Counted from the whole stretch's first letter, positions 25,017 to 38,548 are shown. The stretch: 63,299 nucleotides of DNA, filler included, from Octopus bimaculoides (GCF_001194135.2; 7 parts of 6 records of this genome joined end to end with filler, not necessarily neighbours in it); one strand, 5' to 3'. Translations and numbers: made by a program. The notes: generated by a model not told the origin, from the letters alone.

Positions 25017-27734
25017 GTTATTACTATACTTTCTTAATTTTTCTGTACTTTCTGTTCTTTCCTTTTGTCGGTTCTTCCTACACTGGATGTTCTTACTCTG
25101 TTTTCTCTAATCTGCACCTGTTACTTTGCTTTCCTCTCCCTCCACTACTTTTCTCCTTTCGTCTTCTCTTCTCTCTTTCTCCCTACTTTCTCTCTATTTG
25201 TTCCATCTTCCTCTTTTCTTTCTCTGTTTTGATTTTTTCTCCCACCTCGCATATATTGTTTCTCCTCACGCCCTTTTCATTTTTCTCCTCACGCCTTTTT
25301 CATTTTTTCTTCTCACGCCTTTGCTTTTTTCTCCCCAAACCTTTGGAATTTTTTCTTCCCACGTTTAATTTCCTCCCCATGTTTTTTTTCCTCTCGTACT
25401 ATCATGCCAGACTACAAATATTTCCTCTTCATTCTTCACAACCGCTTAAAACACCACATCCGCACACTTCCTTCTGAATGCTTGCAACCTTCCATTAAAC
25501 GTTCATTACTTATTTTCCAAAAACTCGTTTCTCTAGCCACATTTCGTTTCTCAGTCGCTGCTTATATCACCGCCTCATCCCTTAAGGTTTCCGCCTCCAT
25601 TTCCACCCCACTCACCACTCTGGTACAACCATCCTACCCATACTCTGTACTACATCTTACCGCCTTATGTGTGCCACCATTCGCTCTAATCTCTCTAAAA
25701 TCCATACCATCGACCGCCTTCTCCCGCCGGCTTTTTCCATCTTTTTCTCCTCTCTGTCGTCTTCTCATGCTCACACCACGTTGCGTTATATCATTCATTT
25801 AAATCATCTCTTTCATCAATTTCTTGCCGACACCAAACTTCGTAAACTTCACACACTCCTCCATTTCATCACACCCAATGCCACTACCCCAACTCCTCTA
25901 CTACCCTTCTCCATCCCTGATACGCTCCCCGTACCCCCANNNNNNNNNNNNNNNNNNNNNNNNNNNNNNNNNNNNNNNNNNNNNNNNNNNNNNNNNNNNN
26001 NNNNNNNNNNNNNNNNNNNNNNNNNNNNNNNNNNNNNNNNNNNNNNNNNNNNNNNNNNNNNNNNNNNNNNNNNNNNNNNNNNNNNNNNNNNNNNNNNNNN
26101 NNNNNNNNNNNNNNNNNNNNNNNNNNNNNNNNNNNNNNNNNNNNNNNNNNNNNNNNNNNNNNNNNNNNNNNNNNNNNNNNNNNNNNNNNNNNNNNNNNNN
26201 NNNNNNNNNNNNNNNNNNNNNNNNNNNNNNNNNNNNNNNNNNNNNNNNNNNNNNNNNNNNNNNNNNNNNNNNNNNNNNNNNNNNNNNNNNNNNNNNNNNN
26301 NNNNNNNNNNNNNNNNNNNNNNNNNNNNNNNNNNNNNNNNNNNNNNNNNNNNNNNNNNNNNNNNNNNNNNNNNNNNNNNNNNNNNNNNNNNNNNNNNNNN
26401 NNNNNNNNNNNNNNNNNNNNNNNNNNNNNNNNNNNNNNNNNNNNNNNNNNNNNNNNNNNNNNNNNNNNNNNNNNNNNNNNNNNNNNNNNNNNNNNNNNNN
26501 NNNNNNNNNNNNNNNNNNNNNNNNNNNNNNNNNNNNNNNNNNNNNNNNNNNNNNNNNNNNNNNNNNNNNNNNNNNNNNNNNNNNNNNNNNNNNNNNNNNN
26601 NNNNNNNNNNNNNNNNNNNNNNNNNNNNNNNNNNNNNNNNNNNNNNNNNNNNNNNNNNNNNNNNNNNNNNNNNNNNNNNNNNNNNNNNNNNNNNNNNNNN
26701 NNNNNNNNNNNNNNNNNNNNNNNNNNNNNNNNNTGTGTCCTCAACTATCCATGACCTCATCTTCTCCTCCCGTCTCCCCACCACCACCTCCAACTTCATT
26801 GTCCGCACCCCACGCACCCCCACAATTTACTTACTCCCCCAAATCCACAAACCTAACAACCCTGGCCGCCTCATCGTCTCCGCCTGTAACTGCCCCACCG
26901 AGCTTATCTCCAAATATCTTGACCGTGTCCTTGTCCCCTAGTGGGTTCTCTTCTTTCTCATATCCATGACACCAACCACGCGCTTCGCTTGTTCAACTCT
27001 TTCTCCTTCCCTCATGGCCCCTCTAAACTTCTCTTCACTCTCGACATCCAGAGCCTCTACACGGTGATCCCTCACCACGAGGGGCTGCATGCACTTAAAC
27101 ATTTCCTTGACCTCTGACCCAACCCCCAACCCGACACCTCTACACTCGTTCGTCTGGACGAACTTGTCCTCTCACTCAACTGATTCTCGTTCGCGGGCGA
27201 TTTCTACCAGGAGTTCTGGGGGTGGCAATGGGAACGAGAATGGGCCCCAACTATGCGAACCTGTTCGTTGGCTATGTTGAGGCCCAAATATTCTCAAGTT
27301 TCACTGTTTCCACTCCCGAACTATATGACCGTTATATTGACGACTGTATCGGTGCCACCTCACTCTTCCGCGAACATCTAGACTCTTTCCTCTCTTTTGT
27401 CAAATCTTTCCATCTTGCCCTCCACTTCTCCTGCACTATCTCTGACACTTCTGTCCCCTTTCTTGACAAGTTTGTCAGCATTCATAACTCCACTCTTACC
27501 ACCTCCATCCACTACAAACACACATATTTACACTCTTATCTTAACTTCTCCTCCTCCCACCCTAAGCACACCAAGCTTTCCATCTCCTATTCCCAATTCC
27601 TCCGTCTACGCAGGCTCTGTAGTGACAACCATGACTTTGAGACTCAGTCTCAACTCATGGCTCGCCACTTCATCATACGTGGATATCCCCTCACCACTAT
27701 CTATACAGCCCTTGCCAGAGCACATTCCGTGGAC
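24770..27734 (+). mobile_element. Penelope-like element (PLE): leader, N-terminus and reverse transcriptase; both internal and 3' parts lost in N gaps
   Basis: N-terminal HISFLSRCLYHRLIP*GFRLHFH. RT motifs IYLLPQIHKPNNPGRLIVS, TLDIQSLYTVIPH, AMGTRMGPNYANLF, RYIDDC, PFLD, SSSHP, SISYSQFLRLRRLCS, RGYP. Frameshifts present. No GIY-YIG domain visible; it would fall in the gap after 27734. Confidence 0.92.
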
Positions 27735-28147
27735 NNNNNNNNNNNNNNNNNNNNNNNNNNNNNNNNNNNNNNNNNNNNTTAATTAATTAANNNNNNNNNN
27801 NNNNNNNNNNNNNNNNNNNNNNNNNNNNNNNNNNAGAGAGAGAGAGAGAGAGAGAGATTTGCCATTCTCGATTTCTCTTCCATATAAACAGTAGTTAACT
27901 ATTAATTGGTATTGTAAACTAAGTTTTCCCGATGATTCAGCAAAATACTGTGAAACGTAATAAAGTGTAATGGCTTCTTAGAGACGCCATTTGAAACTCC
28001 CCCTTGTAAACTGACACAGGCAAGGTACACAACTCTTCATACACACATATTTACACACGTACACACACATACAAACATAAACACACATTCATACTTATAA
28101 CAATACATTTTTACGTAACTTACATGCATATACATATATGTACATAC

Positions 28148-28219
<72 letters not shown>

Positions 28220-29959
28220 ATTGTATGTATATACAATATATTGTATGTATATATATATATATATATATATACATACTTGGGAATGGATGTCACGTTCAGT
28301 CATATAATAATATAAATAATATATATATATATATATGTATATATAAATACATATATGTATATACCTACATATATATGTATATATACATGCACATGTGGGT
28401 ACAGGACGTCAAAAAAACGTGAACAAAATGAAAAACGAGAACATAAGAAAACAAAAACATGGAAAACGAACTTGTTTTCGAACAATAAAAGAAACAAACA
28501 GGTCCCCTGTTTTATTTTATATATATATATATATANNNNNNNNNNNNNNNNNNNNNNNNNNNNNNNNNNNNNNNNNNNNNNNNNNNNNNNNNNNNNNNNN
28601 NNNNNNNNNNNNNNNNNNNNNNNNNNNNNNNNNNNNNNNNNNNNNNNNNNNNNNNNNNNNNNNNNNNNNNNNNNNNNNNNNNNNNNNNNNNNNNNNNNNN
28701 NNNNNNNNNNNNNNNNNNNNNNNNNNNNNNNNNNNNNNNNNNNNNNNNNNNNNNNNNNNNNNNNNNNNNNNNNNNNNNNNNNNNNNNNNNNNNNNNNNNN
28801 NNNNNNNNNNNNNNNNNNNNNNNNNNNNNNNNNNNNNNNNNNNNNNNNNNNNNNNNNNNNNNNNTATATATACATACATATATATATATATATATTTATA
28901 CGTATACATATACATATATATACACGCACACACACACACACACATATATATCTATATATGTATATGTATATATATCATATATACAGACAGACATAACCTT
29001 TAAATGCTATTCTTTAAACAGGTGAAAAGAAAGTCCTATATTTCTTTGGATGAAAGGAAAGACGCGCTTAGAGCAAAGCGTAGAAATAATGAAACGACCA
29101 AATCGTTCTACTAGAAATCGTCCTACTAGAAATGACAAGGCACAGCACAAAGCTAAGGTCAACTGAGCAATCAGGAGAAATTCCAATGAACTCTTGAATT
29201 GAATTTGGATCTGTACCGATTCAACAAACAGGTTGGCGAAGATTTGTCGGCCGATTTAGATGAGGGGTATGAAAAATGTGTTGGATGTAAAATGTTAGTA
29301 AGTAAATTACATTTCAGAATAAACCACTAAGTTGGGTCCGTTGAACTGAAATCTAATGCTCCACGGACCCAAACCAGCCATTGGAAATTGTACAGTAAAA
29401 TAACACTAAGAGTAAACAACAGCGTGTATAGTAAATGAAACGTAGATAACGGCCCAATAGACTATGATCCCGGAAATAACGACAAAATCATTGGATAAGA
29501 ATAAACCAAGGAATTGACGAGAATAGACAATACGATGATGGTTGTGTTTAGAGGAATGTCCCTTCAAAAGAATTATTTCAGCAAATTTCGGAAGGTATGG
29601 AAGTCAGTCATTTACATTCGGTGAGACCATGATCCTTAACCCTTTTTTTTCTACTCTTTTTTTTTTTTTTTTTTTTTGCAAAACATGTGCTAATAGCAGC
29701 GATTCGTATATTGCTCTTCATACTTGAAGAATTCCGAAATTGGCAAGTAAGAATGATATAAAACATCACTGGCAACCTCCACATTAATTGTAAAACAGAC
29801 AGCGTTTATGTTGAACCGAGGTTGGAGGGTGAGGATAAATAAATCAGATAAGGATAAATCAGACGGTTTTTGAATACCGCTTTGTATCACTGAGAAAACA
29901 CTTGTTGAACAGCAGAGAACTGAGTACACCACGTGTTCAGAATGAAGAAAATAATAGTA

Positions 29960-30384
29960 GGCGCGGGAGTGGCTGTGTGGTAAGTAGCTCGCTTACCAAC
30001 CACATGGCTCCAGGTTCAGTCCTACTGCATGGCACATTGAGCAAGTGTCTTCTACTATAGCCTCGGGCCGACCAAAGCCTTGTGAGTGGATTTGGTAGAC
30101 GGAAACTGAAAGAAGCCCGTCGTATATATATATATATATATATGTATATGTATGTGTATGTATATGTTTGTGTGTCTGTGTTTGTCCCTCCAACATCGCT
30201 TGACAACCGATGCTCGTGTGTTTACGTCGCCGTAACTTAGCGGTTCGGCAAAAAGAGACCGATAGAATAAGTACTAGGCTTCCAAAGAATAAGTCCTGGG
30301 GTCGATTTGCTCGACTAAAGGTGGTGCTCCAGCATGGCCACAGTCAAATGACTGAAACAAATAAAAGAGTAAGGAGTAAAGAGT
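29960..30384 (+). mobile_element. tRNA-derived SINE (family C), full length
   Basis: A-box-like TGGCTGTGTGG, B-box-like GGTTCAGTCC, internal (TA/TG)n, tail ...ATGACTGAAACAAATAAAAGAGTAAGGAGTAAAGAGTA. Confidence 0.93.
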
Positions 30385-30668
30385 ATCTGGAAAGTAGATG
30401 CAGAACTCCTGAATAAATACTCAGGGTATACACTGCTGTTCCGTGTGATTTAAATGTAGCTGGGGTAGCGAACCGGAACAGAAAGTTTTGGAAGAAACAC
30501 TACCTCTATCAGCTGAAAGTTACGCATCGGCACATCTCACACAAGCTACAGGATGCTGACAACATTGACAAGAAGAATGGACAGGTGGTAGATACATTGT
30601 ACCCTGCTGAGGAAGATGGGTCTTTGCTGTTCAGCGACGCGGATTAGTTACAAAATTTCATGTAATTG

Positions 30669-30864
30669 TTGGTTTCAAATTTGGGAAAAGGCCAGAAATT
30701 TCGGGGGATGAAGTAAGTCGATTACTCGTACTTATATTATCGACCACGAAAGGATGTAAGGCAAAGTCTTCTTCCACGGAATTTGAACTCAAGACATAAA
30801 GGTGGACGAAATACCGTTAAGCATTTTGTACGGCATGCTAACGATTCTGCCAGCTCGCACTCTT
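30669..30864 (-). mobile_element. tRNA-derived SINE (family B)
   Basis: ATCGACCACGAAAGGATGTAAGGCAAAG...GGAATTTGAACTC...GCTAACGATTCTGCCAGCTCGC. Confidence 0.85.
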
Positions 30865-30869
30865 AATAT

Positions 30870-31078
30870 CTTACTTACTTACTTACTTGTTTCAGTCATT
30901 TGACTGCGGCCATGCAGGAGCACCGCCTTTAGTCGATAAAATCAACCCCAGGACTTATTCTTTGTAAGCTTAGTACTTATTTTATCGGTCTCTTTTGCCG
31001 AACCGCCAAGTTACGAGGACGTAAACACACCAGCATCGGTTGTCAAGCGATGTTGGGGGGACAAACACAAATACACAA

Positions 31079-31127
<49 letters not shown>

Positions 31128-31169
31128 CATATATACGACGGGCTTCCTTCAGTTTCCGTCTACCAAATC
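30870..31169 (-). mobile_element. tRNA-derived SINE (family C), 3' two-thirds, inverted relative to 29960-30384
   Basis: The reverse complement matches 30085-30365 closely; runs into an N gap. Confidence 0.93.
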
Positions 31170-31269
31170 NNNNNNNNNNNNNNNNNNNNNNNNNNNNNNN
31201 NNNNNNNNNNNNNTTAATTAATTAANNNNNNNNNNNNNNNNNNNNNNNNNNNNNNNNNNNNNNNNNNNN

Positions 31270-31938
31270 ATGCATTTAGAGTGGAGTAAAAACCTACAGA
31301 ATTGGTCCCTAGAGCAGTGGAAGAATGTTATTTTTTCGGACGAGTCATCCTTTACCTTATTTCCGACCACCGGCCGAGTATACGTGTGAAGACAGCCAAA
31401 AGAAGCATTTGACCCAGACTGCTTTCTTCAAACTGTTAAACATGGAGGAGGATCTGTGATGATCGAGGGGGGAGGCTATATATTGGAAATCCGCCGACCT
31501 ACTAGTTTCCCTTCATGGCAGAACTAATAGTCAAAACTATTTAAGCATTTTATCTGATCAAATTCATCCTATGGTTGCGGAACTGTTTCGGGAGGGAAAC
31601 GCAATCTTTCAGGATGATAATGCACCAATTCACACAGCTACAGTTGTTACTGAATAGCACAAAGAACATTCTAGTGAAGTTGAACATCTTATCTGGCTAC
31701 CACAGTCCCCAGATTTCAATATTGTTGAACATTTATGGTGCATTTTAGAAAAGCAATTAAGGAGACTGTTTTAGCTGAAGAATGGACAAAAATTCCTTTG
31801 GAAACAATTTAAACTTTTTATGAGTCCATACCTCGTAGCATTCAAGCTGTAATTACTGCCAAAGGCGGTCCTACCCCATATTAAAATAGATTTGTTTGAA
31901 ATTTTAAGGTGTTTCCATTATTGTATCCAACCCCTGTA
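31270..31938 (+). mobile_element. Tc1/mariner-superfamily transposon 3' half with DD36E catalytic spacing, right TIR and TA target site
   Basis: WKNVIFSDESSF (D at 31339), TVKHGGGSVM, FQDDNAPIH (D at 31616-31618), W.PQSPDFNIVEHLW (E at 31727-31729), AVITAKGGPTPY* (stop 31882-31884). TIR GGTGTTTCCATTATTGTATCCAACCCCTG at 31908-31936 followed by TA. Contains stops and frameshifts. Confidence 0.93.
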
Positions 31939-32043
31939 CATACATACATACATACATACATACATACATACATACATACATACGTGGATGCATGATAGAT
32001 ATATATGTGCATACACACATACGTCTGAAAACATAAGCAAGCG

Positions 32044-32083
<40 letters not shown>

Positions 32084-32323
32084 CAACAAAGACCTTAAGA
32101 GACATATTTCCATGGAGACGTTATGTCTCTCCAAGACAGGTGACAGGAAATATCAAGTACTGTTGATATTTCATTTGAAGATCTATTAGTTGTTCGTCTG
32201 AGCTTGATAAAACAAATACCAGTGATACACCAGGTGCCTCATATCAACATTACCTTGGTGTCTTTATATTTTTTTTACCGCCTTTGCCGCCAAATATAAA
32301 AAGGAGTGTGCAAGAGAAAGAGC

Positions 32324-32365
<42 letters not shown>

Positions 32366-33297
32366 AAGAGCGAGAGAGAGTGGGAGAGAGAGAGAGATGG
32401 GGTGGAGAGCAGCGGGTGGGGTAGAATGGCTGCCATTGAAGCTTTTATTAGTTTTTAGACCAAACTTTTGTTTTTCTTGGCTGCAATGATAGTTGCGTGG
32501 CATATCCNNNNNNNNNNNNNNNNNNNNNNNNNNNNNNNNNNNNNNNNNNNNNNNNNNNNNNNNNNNNNNNNNNNNNNNNNNNNNNNNNNNNNNNNNNNNN
32601 NNNNNNNNNNNNNNNNNNNNNNNNNNNNNNNNNNNNNNNNNNNNNNNNNNNNNNNNNNNNNNNNNNNNNNNNNNNNNNNNNNNNNNNNNNNNNNNNNNNN
32701 NNNNNNNNNNNNNNNNNNNNNNNNNNNNNNNNNNNNNNNNNNNNNNNNNNNNNNNNNNNNNNNNNNNNNNNNNNNNNNNNNNNNNNNNNNNNNNNNNNNN
32801 NNNNNNNNNNNNNNNNNNNNNNNNNNNNNNNNNNNNNNNNNNNNNNNNNNNNNNNNNNNNNNNNNNNNNNNNNNNNNNNNNNNNNNNNNNNNNNNNNNNN
32901 NNNNNNNNNNNNNNNNNNNNNNNNNNNNNNNNNNNNNNNNNNNNNNNNNNNNNNNNNNNNNNNNNNNNNNNNNNNNNNNNNNNNNNNNNNNNNNNNNNNN
33001 NNNNNNNNNNNNNNNNNNNNNNNNNNNNNNNNNNNNNNNNNNNNNNNNNNNNNNNNNNNNNNNNNNNNNNNNNNNNNNNNNNNNNNNNNNNNNNNNNNNN
33101 NNNNNNNNNNNNNNNNNNNNNNNNNNNNNNNNNNNNNNNNNNNNNNNNNNNNNNNNNNNNNNNNNNNNNNNNNNNNNNNNNNNNNNNNNNNNNNNNNNNN
33201 NNNNNNNNNNNNNNNNNNNNNNNNNNNNNNNNNNNNNNNNNNNNNNNNNNNNNNNNNNNNNNNNNNNNNNNNNNNNNNNNNNNNNNNNNNNNGAGAG

Positions 33298-33363
<66 letters not shown>

Positions 33364-33769
33364 AGAGAGAGTGTGTGTGTGTGTGTATGTGTTTGTGTGT
33401 GTATCATACTTAATGCAAAAACGTCGGGAGATAGTATCATATCTCTTATGGATGTACTTTGTCAAATAACACAAAATATATCAGTAGCAGACGAAAATCG
33501 TTTAGCAGCAGTATGGAGAATGGTATATGTGCATTCTCTCTTTGTGCTTTGTTAGCATGTACTCACTGCTATCAGCATGTTAAGGCAAATTCTGTTGTCA
33601 CTGGTATAATAAAAAAAGAAAATTGAAATATTATTGATGTTTCACTTAACCGTCTAGCTGAATAAAAATTCGTTATGTGCATCAGAATCAATATTCTATG
33701 TATCGTACTTAATGTAAATACATCACGAAAAGCCTAATTAACTGAAGATGCACTTTTACCCCTTTGTCT

Positions 33770-34850
33770 TTAAACGATTTCTGTTTCCACTTCGTCCATC
33801 ATACCCAATTATGGTTACTAAGTGTAAAGGCCAAACTTTGAAGCTTTTGAGATTGAATCTTTTGGCTCCAGTATTTGGCCACGATCATTTTTACGTGCAC
33901 AACGGGCGGCTGATTTCATTGACAGATTTTTCTCTTGGTTCTAAAACAATATCTGGCCAGTTGTTTTTAAACATGGTAGCTATTTAAATTCGTTAAGTTT
34001 CACCAATATTCTTTTGACCCATTGGTGTCAATATTGTCAACTTTGTAATTTCCTTTTTCATATTCTGTCTCAGACTGTTCTGGCTATCACATCAGGCCTC
34101 AGTGGAAGATGATATCTAGGATACATTCTCTTGCAGTTGGCAATAATATGGTTGATGTCTTTGTTTTGCACGGCTTACATTTGTTGTCCGCCAATGTTTT
34201 CTATCTTTTATGTTGCACATACTTGGTGAAAATCTTTCCTTCTGGACGTAGCCTTCAAAGTGGCATATCATAAACTTCCTAGCACTTTATACCAGGCTTT
34301 TGATATGGTCTCTTCTCACTATGGTTTGTGCTTTTCGTGCCAAGTACCCGTGCACTACCTTCTCAGTTAACTGACCCATTATTTTTTATTTTGTTGTTCT
34401 GATAAATAAAACTGACCAATGCACCTTGAGATCTACACCAACTCTTATTTCATGTCTCCCCTCGAGTTCATTAGCTATCCTAATGATACTGTTGTGCTTG
34501 CAACGCTGGACACGATAGTCGCTGGTCTCTTTCCTCTGCTGCAGATGTTGCTCTGATGTCTTAATACATGCTTCACATGATATCAATACGGATTTAAGAC
34601 TATGGCCACCATCCTTGCATTGTAAGTATAACCTGACTACATTTCCGTTGAAGTTTCCTGCAACACAGATCAGCTGGCGAATCCGAACGTCTATCTCGTG
34701 GAGCTCTTGCAGTAACCAGTTTAGAAGGGCAAAACTGAATGTACGGATACGCACTGCAAAGGTGTTGTGGGTGATATGCTTGTTGGAAGGCGAGAGTTTA
34801 TACCACCATATTTATTTCCCGTCCCTTCTCTTCTTACTGATGGCTCCATA
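33770..34850 (-). mobile_element. Degraded R4/Dong-type LINE: RT thumb through CCHC and RLE
   Basis: KLSPSNKHITHNTFAV.IRTFSFALLNW..QELHEIDVRIRQL...RLYLQCKDGGHSLKS. Downstream in shifting frames: VHGYLAR, NKCKPCK..DINHIIANC, LPLRPDVIART, NNWPDIV. Confidence 0.75.
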
Positions 34851-34852
34851 CA

Positions 34853-34891
<39 letters not shown>

Positions 34892-35148
34892 NNNNNNNNN
34901 NNNNNNNNNNNNNNNNNNNNNNNNNNNNNNNNNNNNNNNNNNNNNNNNNNNNNNNNNNNNNNNNNNNNNNNNNNNNNNNNNNNNNNNNNNNGAGAGAGAG
35001 AGAGAGAGAGATAGATAGATAGATAGATATACATATATATATATATATATATGATTGTATCTATGTACATATGTGTGTACGAGTATGGATGTGTATGTTT
35101 GTATGCATATATGTACACATATAAAAATTAATACACTGATGCGTGTTC

Positions 35149-35202
<54 letters not shown>

Positions 35203-37180
35203 AAATACACACCTGCACTTCTGTTTTCGCAAACATCATGTACTGATTTCCAGATAACCTACTTTACGTGAGATACAAATGTATCGCAAAAGATCTTGCC
35301 GGAGCAGATTAAAAATGTACCAAAGAGAATATCTTTATTAGTCGCTAGCGACCATGACAATCGCACGCTGCATCACTTCCACGCATACTAAGTTACCTCT
35401 GCGCATGCTCACTCCTGCTACTATCCCCGTTACTAAGTACGCAAAGTACTCGATAATTTGTTAAAAATTATTACAACGTGCAGGGTAGCAACTACCTGCC
35501 AACTAGCCAAGCCTAAGTTGTGGCACAAAAATGAAAATAATTCTTTCATAATTCGCAATTTCCCAAACGGCACGAGACCAAGATCTCGCACATTTTTCAG
35601 TTTTTTAACCTATCCTGCATGATGTTTTCATATTTTCAAAATAAGCAGACATCCTCAAATCCTCACACCTTTCCCCATGCAAATCTGTGCGGCGAGTGCA
35701 ATCTTCTATCAGCCGCCTTGAAACTACCAAATGTACTGTCGCCCTTGTAATTAACAGTATAAAGAATAATTAAGTACAACCAAACATTACACTCAATGAC
35801 CATAAGTGCCTCTCGTACATGATAGTAGACCCAAATCTTGCTGTTATTCCCCACACTCGGCAGTGCAGCTATTCCATTATTTTTTTTCCTCAACAATCTT
35901 TGACAGAAATTTGGTTTGAAAAAGAACAGACTTCAAATAGTATCTATCAAATGAAGATACAACTAGCAAAACAAGACAAAATCAAATAAAATCATACATC
36001 ATACCCAATGACCATAAGTATCATAAACGTAGAAGACAAAAATGAAACAACACCGTCACAAATGACGTACATACATATTAAGAACAATCACATATACCAT
36101 ATTTTGTCAAAAAAGAAAATGCAGCCACGGCGTACATACAGAAAGAAGAAACAGAACATTAAATCCATCAAGGGCTTTGCTAGTCCTACGTGGAGCCCCA
36201 ATATATCTTCACAGAAATCTTACCATAATCGCCAAGGAACACAAAACTACACACTTGCCATCATAATAGAAAGTGACAAAAAAGCCACATTCTTCTGATG
36301 ATAGTGACTTGATCTTGCCTTACGAATCCAAAAGAACATGTATTGTTCATACACCTACGATATTGTGGTTCTTTATTTTGTAAAGAGCTTACTGCATAAG
36401 CCACGGTTCACTCGAAACAGCTGTCAAGATAAGATTATTACATAACTCGTTTTGTTTATTTTGTATTCTTCATTTCGTCTTCTGCAGTATATATNNNNNN
36501 NNNNNNNNNNNNNNNNNNNNNNNNNNNNNNNNNNNNNNNNNNNNNNNNNNNNNNNNNNNNNNNNNNNNNNNNNNNNNNNNNNNNNNNNNNNNNNNNNNNN
36601 NNNNNNNNNNNNNNNNNNNNNNNNNNNNNNNNNNNNNNNNNNNNNNNNNNNNNNNNNNNNNNNNNNNNNNNNNNNNNNNNNNNNNNNNNNNNNNNNNNNN
36701 NNNNNNNNNNNNNNNNNNNNNNNNNNNNNNNNNNNNNNNNNNNNNNNNNNNNNNNNNNNNNNNNNNNNNNNNNNNNNNNNNNNNNNNNNNNNNNNNNNNN
36801 NNNNNNNNNNNNNNNNNNNNNNNNNNNNNNNNNNNNNNNNNNNNNNNNNNNNNNNNNNNNNNNNNNGAAGACCAGACAGGACGTACTCTAGAATAGTCTC
36901 TTCCTGAGTAGTGGATCAACCAACTACACAGAGGATTCCAAGGTGGCAAACACAAACCAAGACAGGAAAAAATGGACAGTGAAAACAACATTCAAAAGCC
37001 GTACGGCCAAACGCAAATCTGAGGTAGAACGCTAGTAGTTCGTCTTGCCTTCACAGCGGCTGGAGTGAAAAGAAAACTGACCACAGGTCACACGAGAGCA
37101 GAGAGGATGGTGGAGGGAGGAAATGGAACAAGGAGAGATACCCGGCGTTGCTCGGGATTAATATGGCATAGTTTTTTATT

Positions 37181-37381
37181 GTTTTACTTGTTTTGGTCAT
37201 GTGACAGTGACCATGCTGGAGCACCGCTTTTAGTCGGAGAAATCGATCTCCAGATTTATTATTTGTAAGCCTAGTACTTGTTTTATCGGTGTATTTTGAG
37301 AAACGGCTAAATTACGGGGACGTAAACACAACAACATCGGTAGTGAAGTAGTGGTAGTGGGGGTACAAACACAGATGCGCA

Positions 37382-37425
<44 letters not shown>

Positions 37426-37495
37426 CAACAGTCTTCTTTCAGTTTCCGTGTACGAAATCCACTCACAACGCTTTGGTGGGCCTGAGGCTATAGTA
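37181..37495 (-). mobile_element. tRNA-derived SINE (family C), head missing
   Basis: CATGCTGGAGCACCGCTTTTAGTCG...TTTCAGTTTCCGTG...GAGGCTATAGTA. Confidence 0.85.
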
Positions 37496-37502
37496 TGTAT
37501 AT

Positions 37503-37672
37503 AATAAATAAATGCGCCCTTTTAAAGCCTAGCCAGGCTCATGGGCCCGGTTTCCCAGTTTCAATGGCGTATGTGTTCCCCAGTCCATCGCAGCGTTACT
37601 CATCTTTGCCAGCTGAGTGGACTGGAGTAACATGAAATGAAGTGTTTTGCTCAAGAACACAGTGCGTTGCCC
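37503..37672 (-). mobile_element. SINE (family A-related) 3' part
   Basis: CAGCTGAGTGGACTGGAG...AAGTGTTTTGCTCAAGAACACA is shared with 46222-46449; (AAAT)n tail. Confidence 0.8.
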
Positions 37673-37803
37673 NNNNNNNNNNNNNNNNNNNNNNNNNNNN
37701 NNNNNNNNNNNNNNNNTTAATTAATTAANNNNNNNNNNNNNNNNNNNNNNNNNNNNNNNNNNNNNNNNNNNNAGGATGGGGATGATCAAATTGTTGATTA
37801 TTA

Positions 37804-37876
<73 letters not shown>

Positions 37877-38157
37877 TACTACTACAAAGGATGTGTGTAG
37901 GATGAATAGAAGAGAAATAAGTGAGATGCAAAAGGAAATGAATAATAAATGATATCTAGAATTATAAATGTTCATTAAACATGACATTGATATGAAGGAA
38001 TAATACATTTCGTTCTCAAACTGCTACGTAGCTTGTCTCTCTCTCGTTGGTCGCTTCTTTTCTTCTTTCCCTCTAAACACAATCTCTCTCTCAATAAATG
38101 TGTGTGCGCTTATGTGTTGTGTGTGCATGTGAATCTATCTATCTATTTATCTATCTG

Positions 38158-38206
<49 letters not shown>

Positions 38207-38494
38207 ATATCTATCTATCTATTTCTCTGTGTCTGTATATATNNNNNNNNNNNNNNNNNNNNNNNNNNNNNNNNNNNNNNNNNNNNNNNNNNNNNNNNNN
38301 NNNNNNNNNNNNNNNNNNNNNNNNNNNNNNNNNNNNNNNNNNNNNNNNNNNNNNNNNNNNNNNNNNNNNNNNNNNNNNNNNNNNNNNNNNNNNNNNNNNN
38401 NTGTGTGTGTGTGTGTGTGTTACCAAAAATATTGACACTAAGATCTTAGAATGTAGAAAATGAATACAATTAATAAATTTTATATACATTTCAG

Positions 38495-38548
38495 GTGCAA
38501 AAACCCCATCACCAGAAATAATCACCGAATTAATGTCAGTTTATTCAG
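38495..38548 (+). CDS. Candidate 54-nt internal exon (unverified)
   Basis: Acceptor TTTATATACATTTCAG, donor GTATGG, length divisible by 3. Open in two phases (CKNPITRNNHRINVSLF or AKTPSPEIITELMSVYS). No recognisable homology. Confidence 0.25.

Noticed and set aside
30405-30625. ~73-codon open frame between the inverted SINEs
   Set aside because: No start codon, weak splice signals and no recognisable motif.
32110-32265. Three small hairpins, including a perfect 10-bp stem at 32147-32172
   Set aside because: No snoRNA or miRNA boxes recognised; short stems are common in AT-rich DNA.
35890-36300. Possible APE-endonuclease remnant (SLTEIWF)
   Set aside because: Only one weak motif; too degraded to call.
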